Shown here piece after piece: positions 49,401-62,800 of a stretch of DNA of 64,000 bases. Below the pieces are notes generated by a model. It saw nothing but the letters and a program-made list of their open reading frames with translations, was not told where the DNA came from and ran no database searches. Origin of the DNA: Takakia lepidozioides (lineage: Eukaryota; Plantae; Bryophyta); contig CM060731.1 in the NCBI GenBank assembly GCA_030704615.1, positions 23,250,001 to 23,314,000 of the forward strand, given 5' to 3'. A program made the position numbers and the translations under genes. Position 1 is the stretch's first letter, and each line of letters opens with the position of its first letter.

Positions 49401-52400
49401 TTTGCTGACGTCCCTCCCAGAACTGATTGATCATCTGGCATTCTGTCTTTGTCTCCCTGTGTCTGCTAATCCTTCTCTCTGTTGTGCTTCCTCCGTTTAT
49501 TCCACACATATAGATGCACTTTTCTCATAAGCATTGTTTCACATTAACAACTTGGTAAACTACAGGCGTGTGCAGTGCTTTCCGCAACCCTGGAAGCAGC
49601 AGGCGCACGGGGCCTCGTGGTGGGCCACACCCCACAAACCAATGGTGCCAATTGGTATGCTGTTGTACCCTGACAGACTAAGAAGGTTGTTTTGAATCGT
49701 GTGAATCACTTGCCATGGAGATTGTGACATGAATCTAAACTCCATGGAACTGTTGACCAAGATGGTTCTACTGAAGTCTGAAGTAGCTGTGCAAGGCAGC
49801 GTCGTGACACCTGGAACCTACCACTGAAACTGAAATTAACGAAGCATTTTCATTTTTTCCTTAACAACCCAGTATCTCAAATAAAATGTATGGGTGACGG
49901 ATTTGTGGGTGGTTGCAGTGAATGCAAAGGGCGAATTTGGCGAATCGATGTGGGCATGTCCAGCGGGGTCTATCATGCTCTACCTGAGGTACACTCATCA
50001 TCACCCTATGGTCCGGCCCCCTCACCATCCAATGGACACTCTGTACAATAATGATTTTGGCTCCTTGGCTCACTTTTCTGAGCACAAGTGGAAAAAGATC
50101 ATCCTGGGGCACCTCAAGTCGTTACAAAATGAGGCGCATCACTGTGTTTGTGTGTGAGAGACAGATATATACATTGATAGATTTTACGATTGTCGCAGCA
50201 AACCCTGGCCAGTTTAGATAGCCTTTTATAAATACGAGCTTGAAGAACATGTACCCTGAAGTTTGATTGGGGGTACGTTTAGCCTCCTGAGAGAGGGAGA
50301 GAATGTACTCATATGACCTTGTTTGCCGTAGCCTCGTGGCCATTGACCCTGCCCCCAGTTTGAGCGGAACACAAAGGGACAGAAACTCCTTTTGTCAGAG
50401 GCTGACGCCGGTAGTATGGACTTACCTTGAAAAATGCAATGGATCCGAGTTTTCCAGATATCCTCTAGAAATCCCTTCACACAAACGTCAATCTGCTGTG
50501 TGTGATTTGCCCAATAACTAGACCCCAAAAGGGCCTGGGCTTTTGGCTCAGCCACGAGATTTTCGAAGTTGGTAAACAGTGGTAAGGAACAATTCCCTCG
50601 ATTCAGTTGAGGAGGGTGTTCTCTGGTGAGAGTACCCAGGACATTGAATCTCAGAGAGAGGGAGAGAGAGAGATTGTACTCATAAGACATTGTTTGCCGT
50701 AGCCTTGTGGCCATTGACCCTGCGCCCAGTTTGAACGGAACATAAAGGGACAGAAACTACCTTTGTCAGGGGCTGACGCTGGTAGTATGATTTACCTTGG
50801 AATAAACAGTTGATCCGAGATTTCCATATATCCTCCAGAAATCCCTTCACACAAGCATCAATCTGATGTGTGTGATTTGCCCAATAGCTAGACCCCAAAA
50901 GGGCCTGGGCCTTTTGGCTCAGCCTCAAGATTTTCAAAGTTGTTAAACAGAGGTACAGGCACAATTTCCTTGATGGAATGGAAGAGGGTGTCCCGTTGGT
51001 GAGAGTACCCAGGACAATGAATCAGGAAGTGAATATTGTCTTCAGGTTGCCCACACAACGGGCACTTACAATCCCAGGAAACTTCAGCTTCTAAGCCAGA
51101 TTTATCCAGCCGGGTCATGGCTAGTGGACTAAGATTCAGATCCTTGAAAATCTCTTCTACCCTTGTCCGCCAGGATTTAGCCTGTTTGACAGGGCGGTCC
51201 TGCTTCCAAGATATAAAGTCGATTAACTTAGGATATCTGGTATTAGCCGTACGTTGCAGCTGACCCCACCATCTGATTTTGAATTCATCACGTCGGGAGC
51301 TTAAGGGAGGAATGCCAAAACAGCCACATTAGCTGTTTTGGAGCATGCTGACATGCACACCTTGAGCACCCCGACTTGGATGGATTCAAGAGACTTAGCC
51401 TGGTTGGAGTTATCAACCCATACAGCAGATGCATACTCCAAGGCTGGCCTGATAACGCGGCAAAGCATGGTTTTTTTGACTTCGGAGTTGATCCCTCTGC
51501 AGTGGAAAAATTTAGTGAGACCCAGCGCTTTGCGTTTGCCAGATTGAACCACTCTTTGAATATGTGCTTCCCAATTACAGTTGGAGGAAAACTCAACGCC
51601 AAAGATAGGTGTAGGAGGGGAGAACAGGGATCTCTTGGCTTCCCCACTGCCACTTGAGATCGCCTCCCCTTTCCCCCCGGTCGTTGAATGCCACCACTGC
51701 GCATTTACTGACATTGGCCTCTAGCCCCCAAAGATCAAAGTATCTCTTCGCGCAATCTATCAGCCCTTGGAGGTTGGAAGGAGTCTCCCCTATGCCTGCG
51801 AAGTCATCCGCAAACATAAGGGCTGGTATGGTGGCATCACCCACCCTTAACCCAAATCCCTCACTTTCCACATACTCCAGTCGTTGATTGATGAAAAGAT
51901 TGTACTCATAAGACGTTGTTTGCCGTAGCCTTGTGGCCATTGACCCCGCGCCCAGTTTGAGCGGGAACAAAAGGGACAGAACCTACCTCTGTCAGGGGCT
52001 GACGTTGGTAGTAAGACTTACCTCCATATAAAGAATTAATCCGGGTTTTCCAGATATCCTCTAGAAATCCCTTCACAATAGCATCAATCTGCTGTGTGTG
52101 ATTTGCCCAAAAACTAGGCCTCAGGAGGGCCTGGGCTTTTGGCTCAGCCTCGAGACTTTCAAAGTTGGTAAACAGGGGTACAGGCACAATTCCCTTAATA
52201 GATTTGAAGAGAGCGTCTCTTTGGTGAGAGAACCCCGGACAGTGTATCAGAAAATGAATACTGTCTTCAGATTGCCCACACAACGGGCAATTGCACTCTC
52301 CCTTTCCTCTCTGCTTCTGTTTCCTGTTCAAAGGTAGGCTTCCTGCCCTGAGTTTAAATTTCAGTCTAGTGCCGAGAGTGGGTAGACCCTTGAGGTCATC

Positions 52401-53896
52401 CAAGATGTCCTCCCCCATGTCACAGACTCGAAACAAGTTCAGGGAAGTTTTCTGCCTAACTTCATTTTCATCAGACAATCTCATGGCAACAGACATGGCT
52501 GAGGACACTACAGCCTCTAAGACAGATTTATCCAGCAGGGTCAAGACTTGCGGATCCAGGTCCAGGTCCTTGAGGATCTCTTCTACTCTCTTCTGCCAGG
52601 ACTTAGCCTGTTTGACAGGGCGGTCCTGTTTCCAAGATATAGAGTCGATTAACTTAGGATATCTGGTGTTGGGCATATGTTGCAGCTGACCCCACCATCT
52701 GACCTTGAATTCATCTCGTCGGGAGCTTAAGGACGGAATGCCAAACTCACCCGAACAGCCACATTGGCTGTTTTGGAGCATGCTGACATACACTCCTTAA
52801 GCACCCCCACTTGAATGGATTCTAGAGACTTAGCCTGGTTGGAGTTATCAACCCATATAGCAGATCCGTACTCCAAGGCAGGTCTAATAACGCGACAAAG
52901 CATGGTTTTCTTAACCTCAGAGTTGACCCCTCTGCAGTGGAAAAATTTAGTGAGCCCAAGAGCTTTGCCCTTGCCAGTTTGAACAACTTTCCGGATATGT
53001 GCATCCCAATTACAATTGGAGGAGAACTTAAAGCCCAGGTAAGTGTAGGAAGGGAGGACCGGGATCTCTTGGCTACCCCACTGCCACTTAAGATCACTTC
53101 CTCCCTCTCCTCTGTCGTTGAATGCTACCACTGCACATTTGCTGACATTAGCCTCTAGCCCCCAAAGATCAAAGTATCTCTTCGCGCAATCAATCAACTC
53201 CTGGAGATTGGTTGGAGTCTCCCCTATGCCTGCGAAGTCATCCGCAAACATAAGGGCTGGTATGGTGGTATCACCCACCCTTAACCCAAATCCCTCACTT
53301 TCCACATCCTCGAGGAGTTGATTGAAAAAAACATTGAAGAGCAGAGGGGAGAGAGTACATGCTTGAGCTACACCTTGGTCTATGTCAAAGAAGTTGGACT
53401 TCTGTCCGTTAACAGTGACACAGCTTTTGGTGCGAGCATACAAGTTGTGGACAACTCTCCACATCTTTCCCTTGATCCCACAAGACCAGAGGCGGAACCA
53501 TAGGCCATCTCTCCACACTGTGTCATAAACTTTTTTGACATCCAGGGAAAAGACATAAGTGGGTTTCCCTTCTTTTTTCCTTCCCTGGATAATCTGGCTT
53601 AGAGTGAAGATATGATCCACACAGCCCCTGTTTCGCCGAAAGCCAGCTTGGCCTTCGTGGAAACAACCTCTAGACTCCAGATCAACCTCGAGACTGATTG
53701 ATGAAAAGAGAGAGAGAGAGAGAGAGAGAGACACGCCTTGACAACAAGTGTGGGTGTTCGATGACAGGTTCTTGAAATCACAGACAATAAAGTGAGATTA
53801 TTAAGGATGGCTGAAGAATTTTTACATGAAGATGACGAAGATCTAGAGGGATGGTCCAGTGATATGCAGCACCAACGAAGCAACGTGGGAGCTTAA
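46425..53896 (+). CDS. SLP1: Shewanella-like protein phosphatase (SLP1-like, PPP family), 9 exons
   Basis: Exons 46425-46851, 47357-47457, 47650-47763, 48005-48226, 48552-48687, 49021-49196, 49566-49654, 49919-49988, 53768-53896 join in frame. Motifs GDLHG, GDILDRG, GNHE, AHGG, VGHTPQ, RIDVGMS; N-terminal extension. An alternative ATG exists at 46410. Confidence 0.9.
50303..53694 (-). mobile_element. Three stacked 5'-truncated LINE copies (RTE/RTEX-like) in the last SLP intron
   Basis: Copies 50303-50653, ~50673-51884 and 51900-53694 share the same 3' end. RT motifs GQAGFR, DTVWRDGLW, GVAQACTLSP, FADD; C-terminal CPLC...HFLIHC. TSDs gagagagggagaga (50289/50654) and tgattgatgaaaaga (51885/53695). 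Clade assignment is tentative. Confidence 0.9.
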
Positions 53897-54767
53897 TCAG
53901 TACCATTTTCCTATACAATAGAGACAATTATATTCAGCCTTAATTTAAAATTCTCACATTACCTCCACATGCATTTAAAACATTCAACAGGCCAGGGTAC
54001 CTTGCAATCAGATACTCTGGCTGCAGTTATTTCCAACCCCATCCAACTTGAGGGGGGCATTTATTGGACATGCTATAATGATATGAGAGGGCATGAGTGG
54101 TTAAAGCCCATTGGAATTATTGGATCTCCCTGCCAGAAGTGCTCAACATTGAATTACACTTGCTCTTTGAGAGGTGTGATCGATGCAGTGTAAACCAAAG
54201 CTGAAACCAAGACATGACTAAATTTCAGCAATTAGGGGTAAAGTATCTGCGTGTATGTATGCCCCTTGCTGTTAGGCACAAATCAGATTATGATCCCACG
54301 ACAAGCCTCCTAACACATACGGGAGTCAACAATCCTCACAATGGAAGTCCCGGTGCTGCACCCACTAGCTCGGGCTTTCACAATGGTCGTGGAGACACAA
54401 CAAGCGTTTGCTGGATCATGGCAAATGCATTGTGGGTGCTCCCTCCAAGATCCGCGTTGTGAAAGACAGACAGGAGAGTTTGAAAGTTTGGTAGGGTAGA
54501 AGCACTCTTCATGGCACAGGAAAATGGGTAAATGTAATAACTTTTTGTGCTTTTAACCTATGAGAGCATGTAATACCTTAACAGAAAGCTCTTAAGATAA
54601 CACAACTTTTCTTAGTTGAAAGTCAAACGAGATTCTGACTCTATCTGCTGTTATAAGTGGATAGAAGCAGAGGATGTCAATGTCAACCTTGTTCCTATCA
54701 TGACTCATTCATATCTCATTAATATCTTTTCTACCTGAGATGGTAACCAAAAAAAACAACCAAAAAT

Positions 54768-55037
54768 ACCATTGGAAAACGCTTAATGTGGCCCATCTTT
54801 TTGTAGTTGGAGCAATTTTCATTAGAGGACATCTACCTATAGCAATTTAAGGGTAAAACAAGTGGGCCCATCATGGCGCACAAGATATATTGCTTGTTTG
54901 GTACCTTGGACTTTAACCATTTTAACCATTTTAGGAAATAAAGATACCATTGGAAAGCTCTTGATGAGCCCCAACATTTTGTAGTTGGAACAATTTTCAA
55001 TAAAGTTCATCTACCTAGGGTAATTTAAGTGTAAAGT
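54768..55037. repeat. Imperfect direct repeat (~90-bp cores ~178 bp apart), probably TE-derived
   Basis: accattggaaa...ttttgtagttgga.caattttca...catctaccta...aatttaag.gtaaa at 54768 and 54946. Confidence 0.6.
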
Positions 55038-55599
55038 GATTTCATGAATGGTGTATTGTAGTTCATTCCTCTTTGGGTAAGCTTGCTAGCCTATCATGGC
55101 GCACCCCACCTTGACACGTTCCAAAACTGGGCATACTTGCTTCACCATGGGCACACTTTGAGCGCCACGACCAGTGTTTCTACCCTAGACTCTCGCCGGT
55201 GAGAGTCAGAGCAAGTGGTAAGCGATGAGTAGCGGTGGGACCCACAATGGTGTCGACTGCGCAGCGGCGCGTGTAGAGGCACCGTACCAAGCTCGAGCAC
55301 CAACGTCTTCAAATGGATTGTAGTGGAGCTGGGCCCCCTCTTCTGGAGTAAGTGATACGCCACCAAATGGATGTTTCACCAGTGACATGAGGCAACGACG
55401 GCACGGGCTCAAGGCAACGACGAAGGACAGTGGAGTCAAGCGACAACACCCTGTGGAGAGTCGACAACCAGCCTATACAAGAAGACGCTCCCGCACACGT
55501 ACCAGCAATAGTCTCTCCATGCGATTCACTATGCCCAGGTCCTGTTCTCCTTCAGCGGTAGCACCAGTGTCTGTAGCCCCGCCCTAGCTAGTGGTATCA

Positions 55600-57170
55600 C
55601 CCTCGCCCCAACCCACCAGCAAGACATCACCAGTGGTGGTGACGGCCAGCGATCTGCCACGACACCAACCAGAACGCGTTTGTCTTCCTCAGCAACAAGA
55701 CCATTTGCTTGAAGATCAAACCGGGGTGCACAGTCCCAACATCGCTTTTCTTCCACTCCGTCTTTCTGACGCGCTCGGAGTCCCACAGCAGTCACCTCAC
55801 CACCGGGTTCTCCACCTTGCTCAAGACAACGGGTCCATGTTCACTCTCCTTCTGTCCCTCGACCTTCCATTTTGTCGTCTCCTCTAGCAGCTCCACTCCC
55901 TCGAACGGTTCCACATTTTTCACAATCACTAGTTATTCCTACTACAAAACATATTTTGGGTTCCTTGCTCGGCTTGCAGTTGCCTTTTCGCCCGAATCAG
56001 AGGTTTGGCTCGCCACCAACGCACTTGCACAGCTTTTCGGCAAGCTAACCATGAAGGTTCTTATGTGCCCACTCCCCTCAGTGTTTTGCAAGCTCCCTTT
56101 CCACCCACTGCATAGGCGTGGCCCTCCTCATTGGATGTCCTTGGAGCTTTTCATTTGGGATTACACCCCCGCCTCTATACACGCATCTCGGTGGCCCTTC
56201 GCCGATGTGTTGTATCTTCTTCTATTGTTTGCCCAGTGGTGCTTGGACCTGCCACCACATGGTGGTGAAGCTGGTCATAGAGAGACTCACATCCGGCTCC
56301 GTTGTTGTCTTGCGGGAGACTGGGAGACTCTTCAAGAGAAGCATTATCTCCGAGCACAAGCCTTGGCGGGACGTGCTCCCGCTAACACTTCCTCACAATC
56401 AGGTTTTTTTGCTCACAGACGGCTTCAACACAACCTCTTGTCAGGACGGGTAGGTGAGTATCCCCGTGCAGCTCACGCTCTCTCACCATTTGCCCCTACT
56501 ACACCCTTTACGGACACTATTGCCGATGTGCAGGCTCTCCATCCTCATGCAGACAGCATCCTTCCAGCTTTTGTCTATGATTTCAAGCCGGATCAGGACC
56601 TTCAGCTAGATCTCTCTCTGTTCACCAAGGCCTTTATCCGCAGTCCGCATCTTTCCGCACCAGGACCATCTGGTATGTTATACGAACATTTGTGCGACTG
56701 CTTTTCTTTACAAGACTCTGCTAGTGGCTTCTCCCAACTATTTCAAGTTTGTTCCTTCATGCCACTGGCCGCATCCCTTCTCTAGTGGCACGTATTCTCG
56801 GAGCCTTCCGACTACTAGTCATGACCAAGCACCCTGGAAATGGCATCCGTCTCATTGCCGTCGGGGAAGTTTTGTATTGTCTTGTTAGCCGTTCCCTTGT
56901 CATGCAGTATCGTGAATTCTCTACCCATCTCTTCCCGCATCAATTTGGATCGCGACTGTCGATGTGAGGCTGTGGTATATAGGATTTTGACTATTCTCGA
57001 CCTTCACCCGAACTCGGTTGTGTTTGAAGTCGATGTAACAAACGCCTTCAACTCCGTCTCCCGCAGTACCATCTTCCAAGAACTTCGCACAGCTGGAGAA
57101 GATTTCCACCAACTCACCCCTTTTGTCAGACTGTATTACGCTTCTGCCGCCCTCTTTCCACAATCACCGT
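55600..57170 (+). mobile_element. CRE/R2-like non-LTR retrotransposon RT fragment, degenerate
   Basis: SAPGPSGMLYEHL, GIRLIAVGEVL, PHQFG, CEAVV, VDVTNAFNSVSR (RT domains 0-3 typical of early-branching RLE LINEs); frameshifted and truncated before YxDD. Confidence 0.75.
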
Positions 57171-57951
57171 TCTCGTACAGGCGACTATACCTATCACAGT
57201 CTGACCCCTCACTGTCCGAATTCACCCACCCCTAAACATGTCTTCACTGAACAACGCAATGCGACATTTATGATTATCAACTGACACATGTGAGGATACT
57301 GAGTGCACGTCCATAGCAGAGAAAAAGGTACAAGCCAGAATTCTGACTCTGCCACGCGGATGTCCCATGTGGCTTCCATTGCATTGTAGGGGTGGATGAA
57401 GATGCTGCATCAGACAATTGCAAATCCCCAATCGAATCTTCATAGTTTGCCCCACCACCCCCTGGACCTCAAAGCTTTGGCTATGACCAGCCAAATCACG
57501 GTGCTCAACCTAAGAGCTTCTCAACGAGTAGGAGGCAAGGGGTTGGTCATGCGCTTCCCCTTCAAATGACTTGCAGGATTGGAATTGGATTTACCCAGTG
57601 ACATTCCAAGGTTTTGAGCCTCATTGTGGCTACTTGCAGAGGACACATCAAAGTCAGGCCACACTGACTCCCTCAGTAGGTCATTGATGTCGAAATAGAA
57701 CAGAGTGGGATGACCATCCCCATTCCGTTCAACCCATCCGAGAACCTCAGCTGCCTGGCGACGCCACATGTATCAGAAATTAGCTTGCACAGGGAATGTA
57801 TGCCAAGTGATCCGGGTAGGGCAAACATCACAACTAAGTACTCCTCGTTCAGGGCCCCAACGAGTTGAGCCACTTGCTGATCCTCACTCGCCCTTAGGCC
57901 CTCGCCCATTCAGTAACCTCTTTGGCTAGGTGTTTCGGAGCAGAGAGGGGG

Positions 57952-58290
57952 TTTTTTTTTTTTTTTTTTTTTTTAAGGTAGCCATACAGCAAACTGAAAG
58001 TACTCGCCGCCTCTACTGAATCCAAGCAGACAAGCATGTCGAATGCACAACAATGCAAGGCAAGACAATACATAGCAAACAAGTGCAAGCAATGAATAAC
58101 AGCGTGAAGCGCCCAAGATTCAGCACGACAACAGTGAAAGTGAGAGACAAGCCGAACGGAACATCAACGACGGCCTGCAGTACATTAATCAAAAGGCAAA
58201 GACAACCTGCAACACAATCACAATGCCAACGGGAACGTGCAGCAACGCGCGTGAGAGAGAAGGAAACCGCGGGAAGATAGTGAAACAAAT
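57952..58290 (-). mobile_element. Poly(A)-tailed 3' end of a retroposed sequence
   Basis: T23 run at 57952-57974 with a T-rich UTR-like sequence preceding it on the minus strand; no TSD identified. Confidence 0.35.
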
Positions 58291-58532
58291 GGGAGCCTTG
58301 GCCCATTTTGGGTGTTAGGGGGTTGCAGTCATGGGCAATTGAGGCCTTGTGAGTTGCGGCTCAGGGGTTTCTTTTATGGCATTCTTGAACTGGCAGGTAA
58401 TAGTCTTGGCAATTGGTTTGTGAGCTCAGTTGTAATTCAAAAATCACTGATCTGAAGGTAAGCAAGTATGTTGGATGGTTCTGATTACTTCGGGAAGGGT
58501 GCATTGATGTTGTAGTTTCATCATTTTTCATC

Positions 58533-59225
58533 GAGGTTGGGTAGCGTGTGAGCATGCTTACGCCGGCATGAGCACAAGGGCTTATTCCCCGAATTTTTGG
58601 GAAATTTCCGTGAAGTTTCCACAGCGAAATGGAATTGGCGAAACTAACAATTAATGCGAAACTAACACATAAAGATCAAGTAGCCCCCCTATAGATGTCG
58701 CTTTTACTCAATGCGAAACCCACCGCTGCTTAGGTTTGTGCCCACATCACATATCATTTCTCGATGCGAAATTCAGTTTGTGGCCATAGCACATATAATT
58801 TCTCAGTGCGAAGTTCACCTAAACTATCATTTCTCACTAGGAAAGCAGTTTGTGCCCATAGCACATATAATTTCTCAGTGCGAAATTCAGCTGAACTATC
58901 ATTTCTCACTGCGAAATGCAGTTTGTGCCCATAGCACATATAATTTCTCAATGTAAAATTCACCGAAACTATCATTTCTCAATGCGAAATTCACCGCCGC
59001 CGCTATAGGTTTAGGGTTTCTGATTACACTACTAAAGGTTTCGCCTCGTTGAATTGGCGCAGATGTACCGTACAAATGCACCAAAAACTATACCCGCTTA
59101 TGGTTTTATTCTGTTTTGAAAACATATAACTCCTATGACCAAGGTTAAAAAACATAAAATTCCCATGACCGTGGGGTGTGCTCACGCGAGCGTGCTCATG
59201 CTGTAATCACAGGATACCAAACCCC
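58533..59225. mobile_element. Mutator-type MITE, copy 2, with internal ~72-bp tandem repeats
   Basis: Ends GAGGTTGGGTAGC... / ...GATACCAAACCCC; 9-bp TSD tttttcatc / attttcatc; left end is homologous to 1553-1610; repeat units start at 58776, 58848, 58921. Confidence 0.68.
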
Positions 59226-59899
59226 ATTTTCATCAGATTTTGGAACAAGTACTGTAAAAGAGATCCAGTAGCAGTCACCACTTTTGCTAAGCAATGAAGG
59301 AATTTTAGTTTTTCCGTGATGCGGTGTGTTGAGGTGGTTATTGCCACTCAAGCTGATTTTCTTATGCACTTTGGACCCCAAGAATTTGTGCCATATAGTT
59401 TTCTTGCAGCTGAGTAGGTAGACTTTGGCACTTTGACTCGAGCGGGATTACAGAGGACAGTGCGACAAGCTACTCTGTCAAAGGAGTCGAACAGCTTGGG
59501 TGACAAATGGTTAAGCCAAGCAATAACGTTTTGTTAAAAAGCAACATTTCATGGTATCATGAAATGCAGAACTGGACTTTGCTGCACACAGTGCTCTGCG
59601 TGAGGTGAATGTGGAGATGGGAAATGCAAGTCGGGAAAGATACGACTTGGAGGTTTTTATTGACGCCAGGTTCCAGTTTACTTCTTAATGCTTTTTCAAA
59701 TATTGGGACTCTGTAAAGAAATCATTGTGAATGTCAACTAGAAACATGAAAGAATATTTAATGCAATTGATTAAATTTCAAGTGAAGCTAAGTAACAAGT
59801 AGACCGGTGTGCGGAGACATTTAGCATTGAAGCACCTTTCTCATACAGATGCTTTTGCTTACTCGAGACTAATTTCCCATGAATCAGTTTACAAATCAT

Positions 59900-62800
59900 C
59901 TACCTTCCATTTTTAACCCTCTTAGCTGTCCGAGATTTTCTTGCCATAAACTCCTTGTGCAAGCCAAGAGTCAAATTCAATCTTCGGTGCTCCTTCCGGA
60001 GAACCTCGTTCTCCCGATAATCTCGCAGAACTCTAAAATGCTTGACTAAACTCTTTCCAACCACTTCCACTTCCTCCGGGTCGAAGTCACCTACATACTT
60101 TGACCTGTTCCAGTCTTCACCCAAATCATTCAATAAAGCCAATGAAGAGTTGCTGACATCCTTGTATGCCTTTTTCTTAGATGACTTTTGTGGGGCCTGA
60201 ACAGCAGGCCTGAACCCACCCTCCCTGGTGGAATATGCTGTTAGGGCATCCACGGGTGACAAAGTGGCCAGAATGGCACTCTCAGATGATGAGGTGGCCA
60301 TGGTTGTGATTTCAGTTGCCAGCTTTGCGATCCCCGGGTGAGCATGCTGGCGCAGCAGTGTTACTTCCCACAGCACAGAGGAGAGAGCCCCACTCAGGTC
60401 GGGATCATCACCGCCTGCTTGGAACATCTGCAGAAGGGAATAATAGAGAAACACAATTTTCAATTTCTACAGAATCGCTTCATAGTTGTACCAGGGTTCC
60501 ACTGACAATCTCCCACACCAGGGTCTGAAACCATTCAATCTTAAGCTGCAGATTGAAATTAACTTTCCAACTACTATTGAGAGGCATCCCACCCAGCATG
60601 TACTTGAGATTCTAACAGGCATGTTGCAAGATTTTGACTTCTACTACAATGACATTCATTCATACATTTCAGGAGCAAAAACATTGATGTGACAATGTCA
60701 AGATTGCCTTCAGAACTAAGGCTCTCACCCCTCCATATCCTTCTCTCAAAAGATGAACTGAACCAAAACACAATCAACTTCCTGGTCCTAGCACAATAAC
60801 CATGCTGTAACACCCCAGTTATTAATGTTGGGTCCGTTGACCAATTAGAAGCAACCCACACAGTGCACATCTAATACAGACTTTTGGTACATACCGCCAT
60901 ATTGCCACCAACAGCACCCCCTCCTCCATCATTTTCCAGTATGTTCCGGCACTTTTTGTAGCGCTGGAATAAATGGCGTACTGTCACCAGAGCTGCAGGC
61001 ATCAAGTTCCAGCCAGAAGACAGCCAGAACACATACTAAGTCAAAGAAAGAAGCTACTGGGGCCACAGTTACACTCTCCATCACTTCAGAGACCCAGCTG
61101 CCAGCTCCTTAGACCACTAGAAAATAAATTACATATTTTTGGTACCTATGGGCAAGCTTCACCATTGAGACGAGTAACTATGGCACACATCAACACCAAT
61201 GACACCACCGACAAATTGTATACCAGCCATGGTCTCTGCAGTCCCAAGATGGAGAGCAAGAGAGGAGAGGCGTTTTATGAAGGCAGCCGCTCTTTGCATG
61301 TCATGCTGGCGCCCCTCCCATAGCATCACCAGTAGGGCTTCTGCAAGCACCTCTCCAAATTTTTCTTCATCCCTGATGCATAATTTGTTTACCAATCAAC
61401 AGATGTTAAGTCTCTTTACTGATGCTACAGATGGCATTTGCATGAAGGAACGAACTAGACATTATTGCTGCAAAGTGCTTGAACAAACGTAGAAATGAGA
61501 ATGTTCTCTTGGGACTACGAACATGATGCTAAAGAACGCACCTGATACCAGTGAAGAGCTTTTTCCTTAGAAGTCTACTAACACAACGATTTGGGTTGAT
61601 GAGCAAGGTCCAGGACAAAAGATTCCCACCTCATTGAATTGAACTCAAAGAGCAAGTTGTAGAGCCGGACAAAGAATTCTCTTAGGTCTATGTTGAGAGC
61701 ATCCATATTGCTGCGCACAATCTTGAATGCAATAATACAACACTGCAACCGCTCGCCCACGGTCAACAGATCCTCGGACTCAGTTCCTATTACAGTGTTG
61801 CCTCCAGCTGCCAACTTCCGAAGAACACTCAAGAGGTCAGCCATGAAGTCAACACTTATCAAGTGTGAAAATTTGGCCAAACCATCAAGGGCTGGGCCCA
61901 GAAGTGGGCGCTGCCCAAGTGTCACGACCCCTTGCTCTGCATCCCGAACCTTGGCAGCAAGTGCCCTGCAAAGCCAAAAATATGACAGCATGCGTTATAT
62001 TGAAGTTGAGAACAAGATTAAGTTCAAATCTTGACTTGTTGTGCTTGCAATTGAATTCGTAGGTCATACATGGAAACAGTACTTGTGGTTGAAAATAGAG
62101 TGTACTACCTTTCATCAGGGGGCTCCAGGCTAGCCTTCAGTATTCGAAAGTATGTTTCAAACACCGCAGAAAGGGTCAGCGTCTGAAGTCTCTTACGCTC
62201 TGCCAGGTCAGGTGCCACAGAAGCTTCCTTGAAATCAGCTTTCACCTACACCCATCTCTCAGATTCAGAGCAAGGTTGGGACCCAGCTAGAAATGTTCAA
62301 ATCCTGTCTTATTACGAGCACAGAACATCCCACCCCACAGAGGTGGGCCGAGGAGGGAGAAGAAAGAGACGACAGCCTGTTGTAGGAAAGATTAAGAACG
62401 ATCTTCATAAAAAAAAAAACAGATTCTTGAAAGAGACAAGGACCAACTGGTCCACACTCAATGGCTGTGAGAGTCCCTAGTTGGAGATGTAACACAACTA
62501 ATTAGTTGCAACTCAGGTCGGGTACTCAGTGTCAAGGGGTACCCACCTCTTTCCTTAACTGTGCTGCAAGTTCACGCTTCTTAATTTTCTTCTCCTTCTT
62601 CTCCTGCCGCTTTGACTTCTTTGTTACGTTCTTCTCCTGTCCTCTTCCAGACATGCTTGACCTCTCTAGGTCATCATCAAAGGATAAACCCATGAAGACC
62701 TGCATTCTCCAACATATTTGCTTGCAGAGTTATAAGCAGTTGTTCAATAACCAGCCTAAAAGTAAGATGGGATGAATATTTCCATTATAGTAAATGTAGT

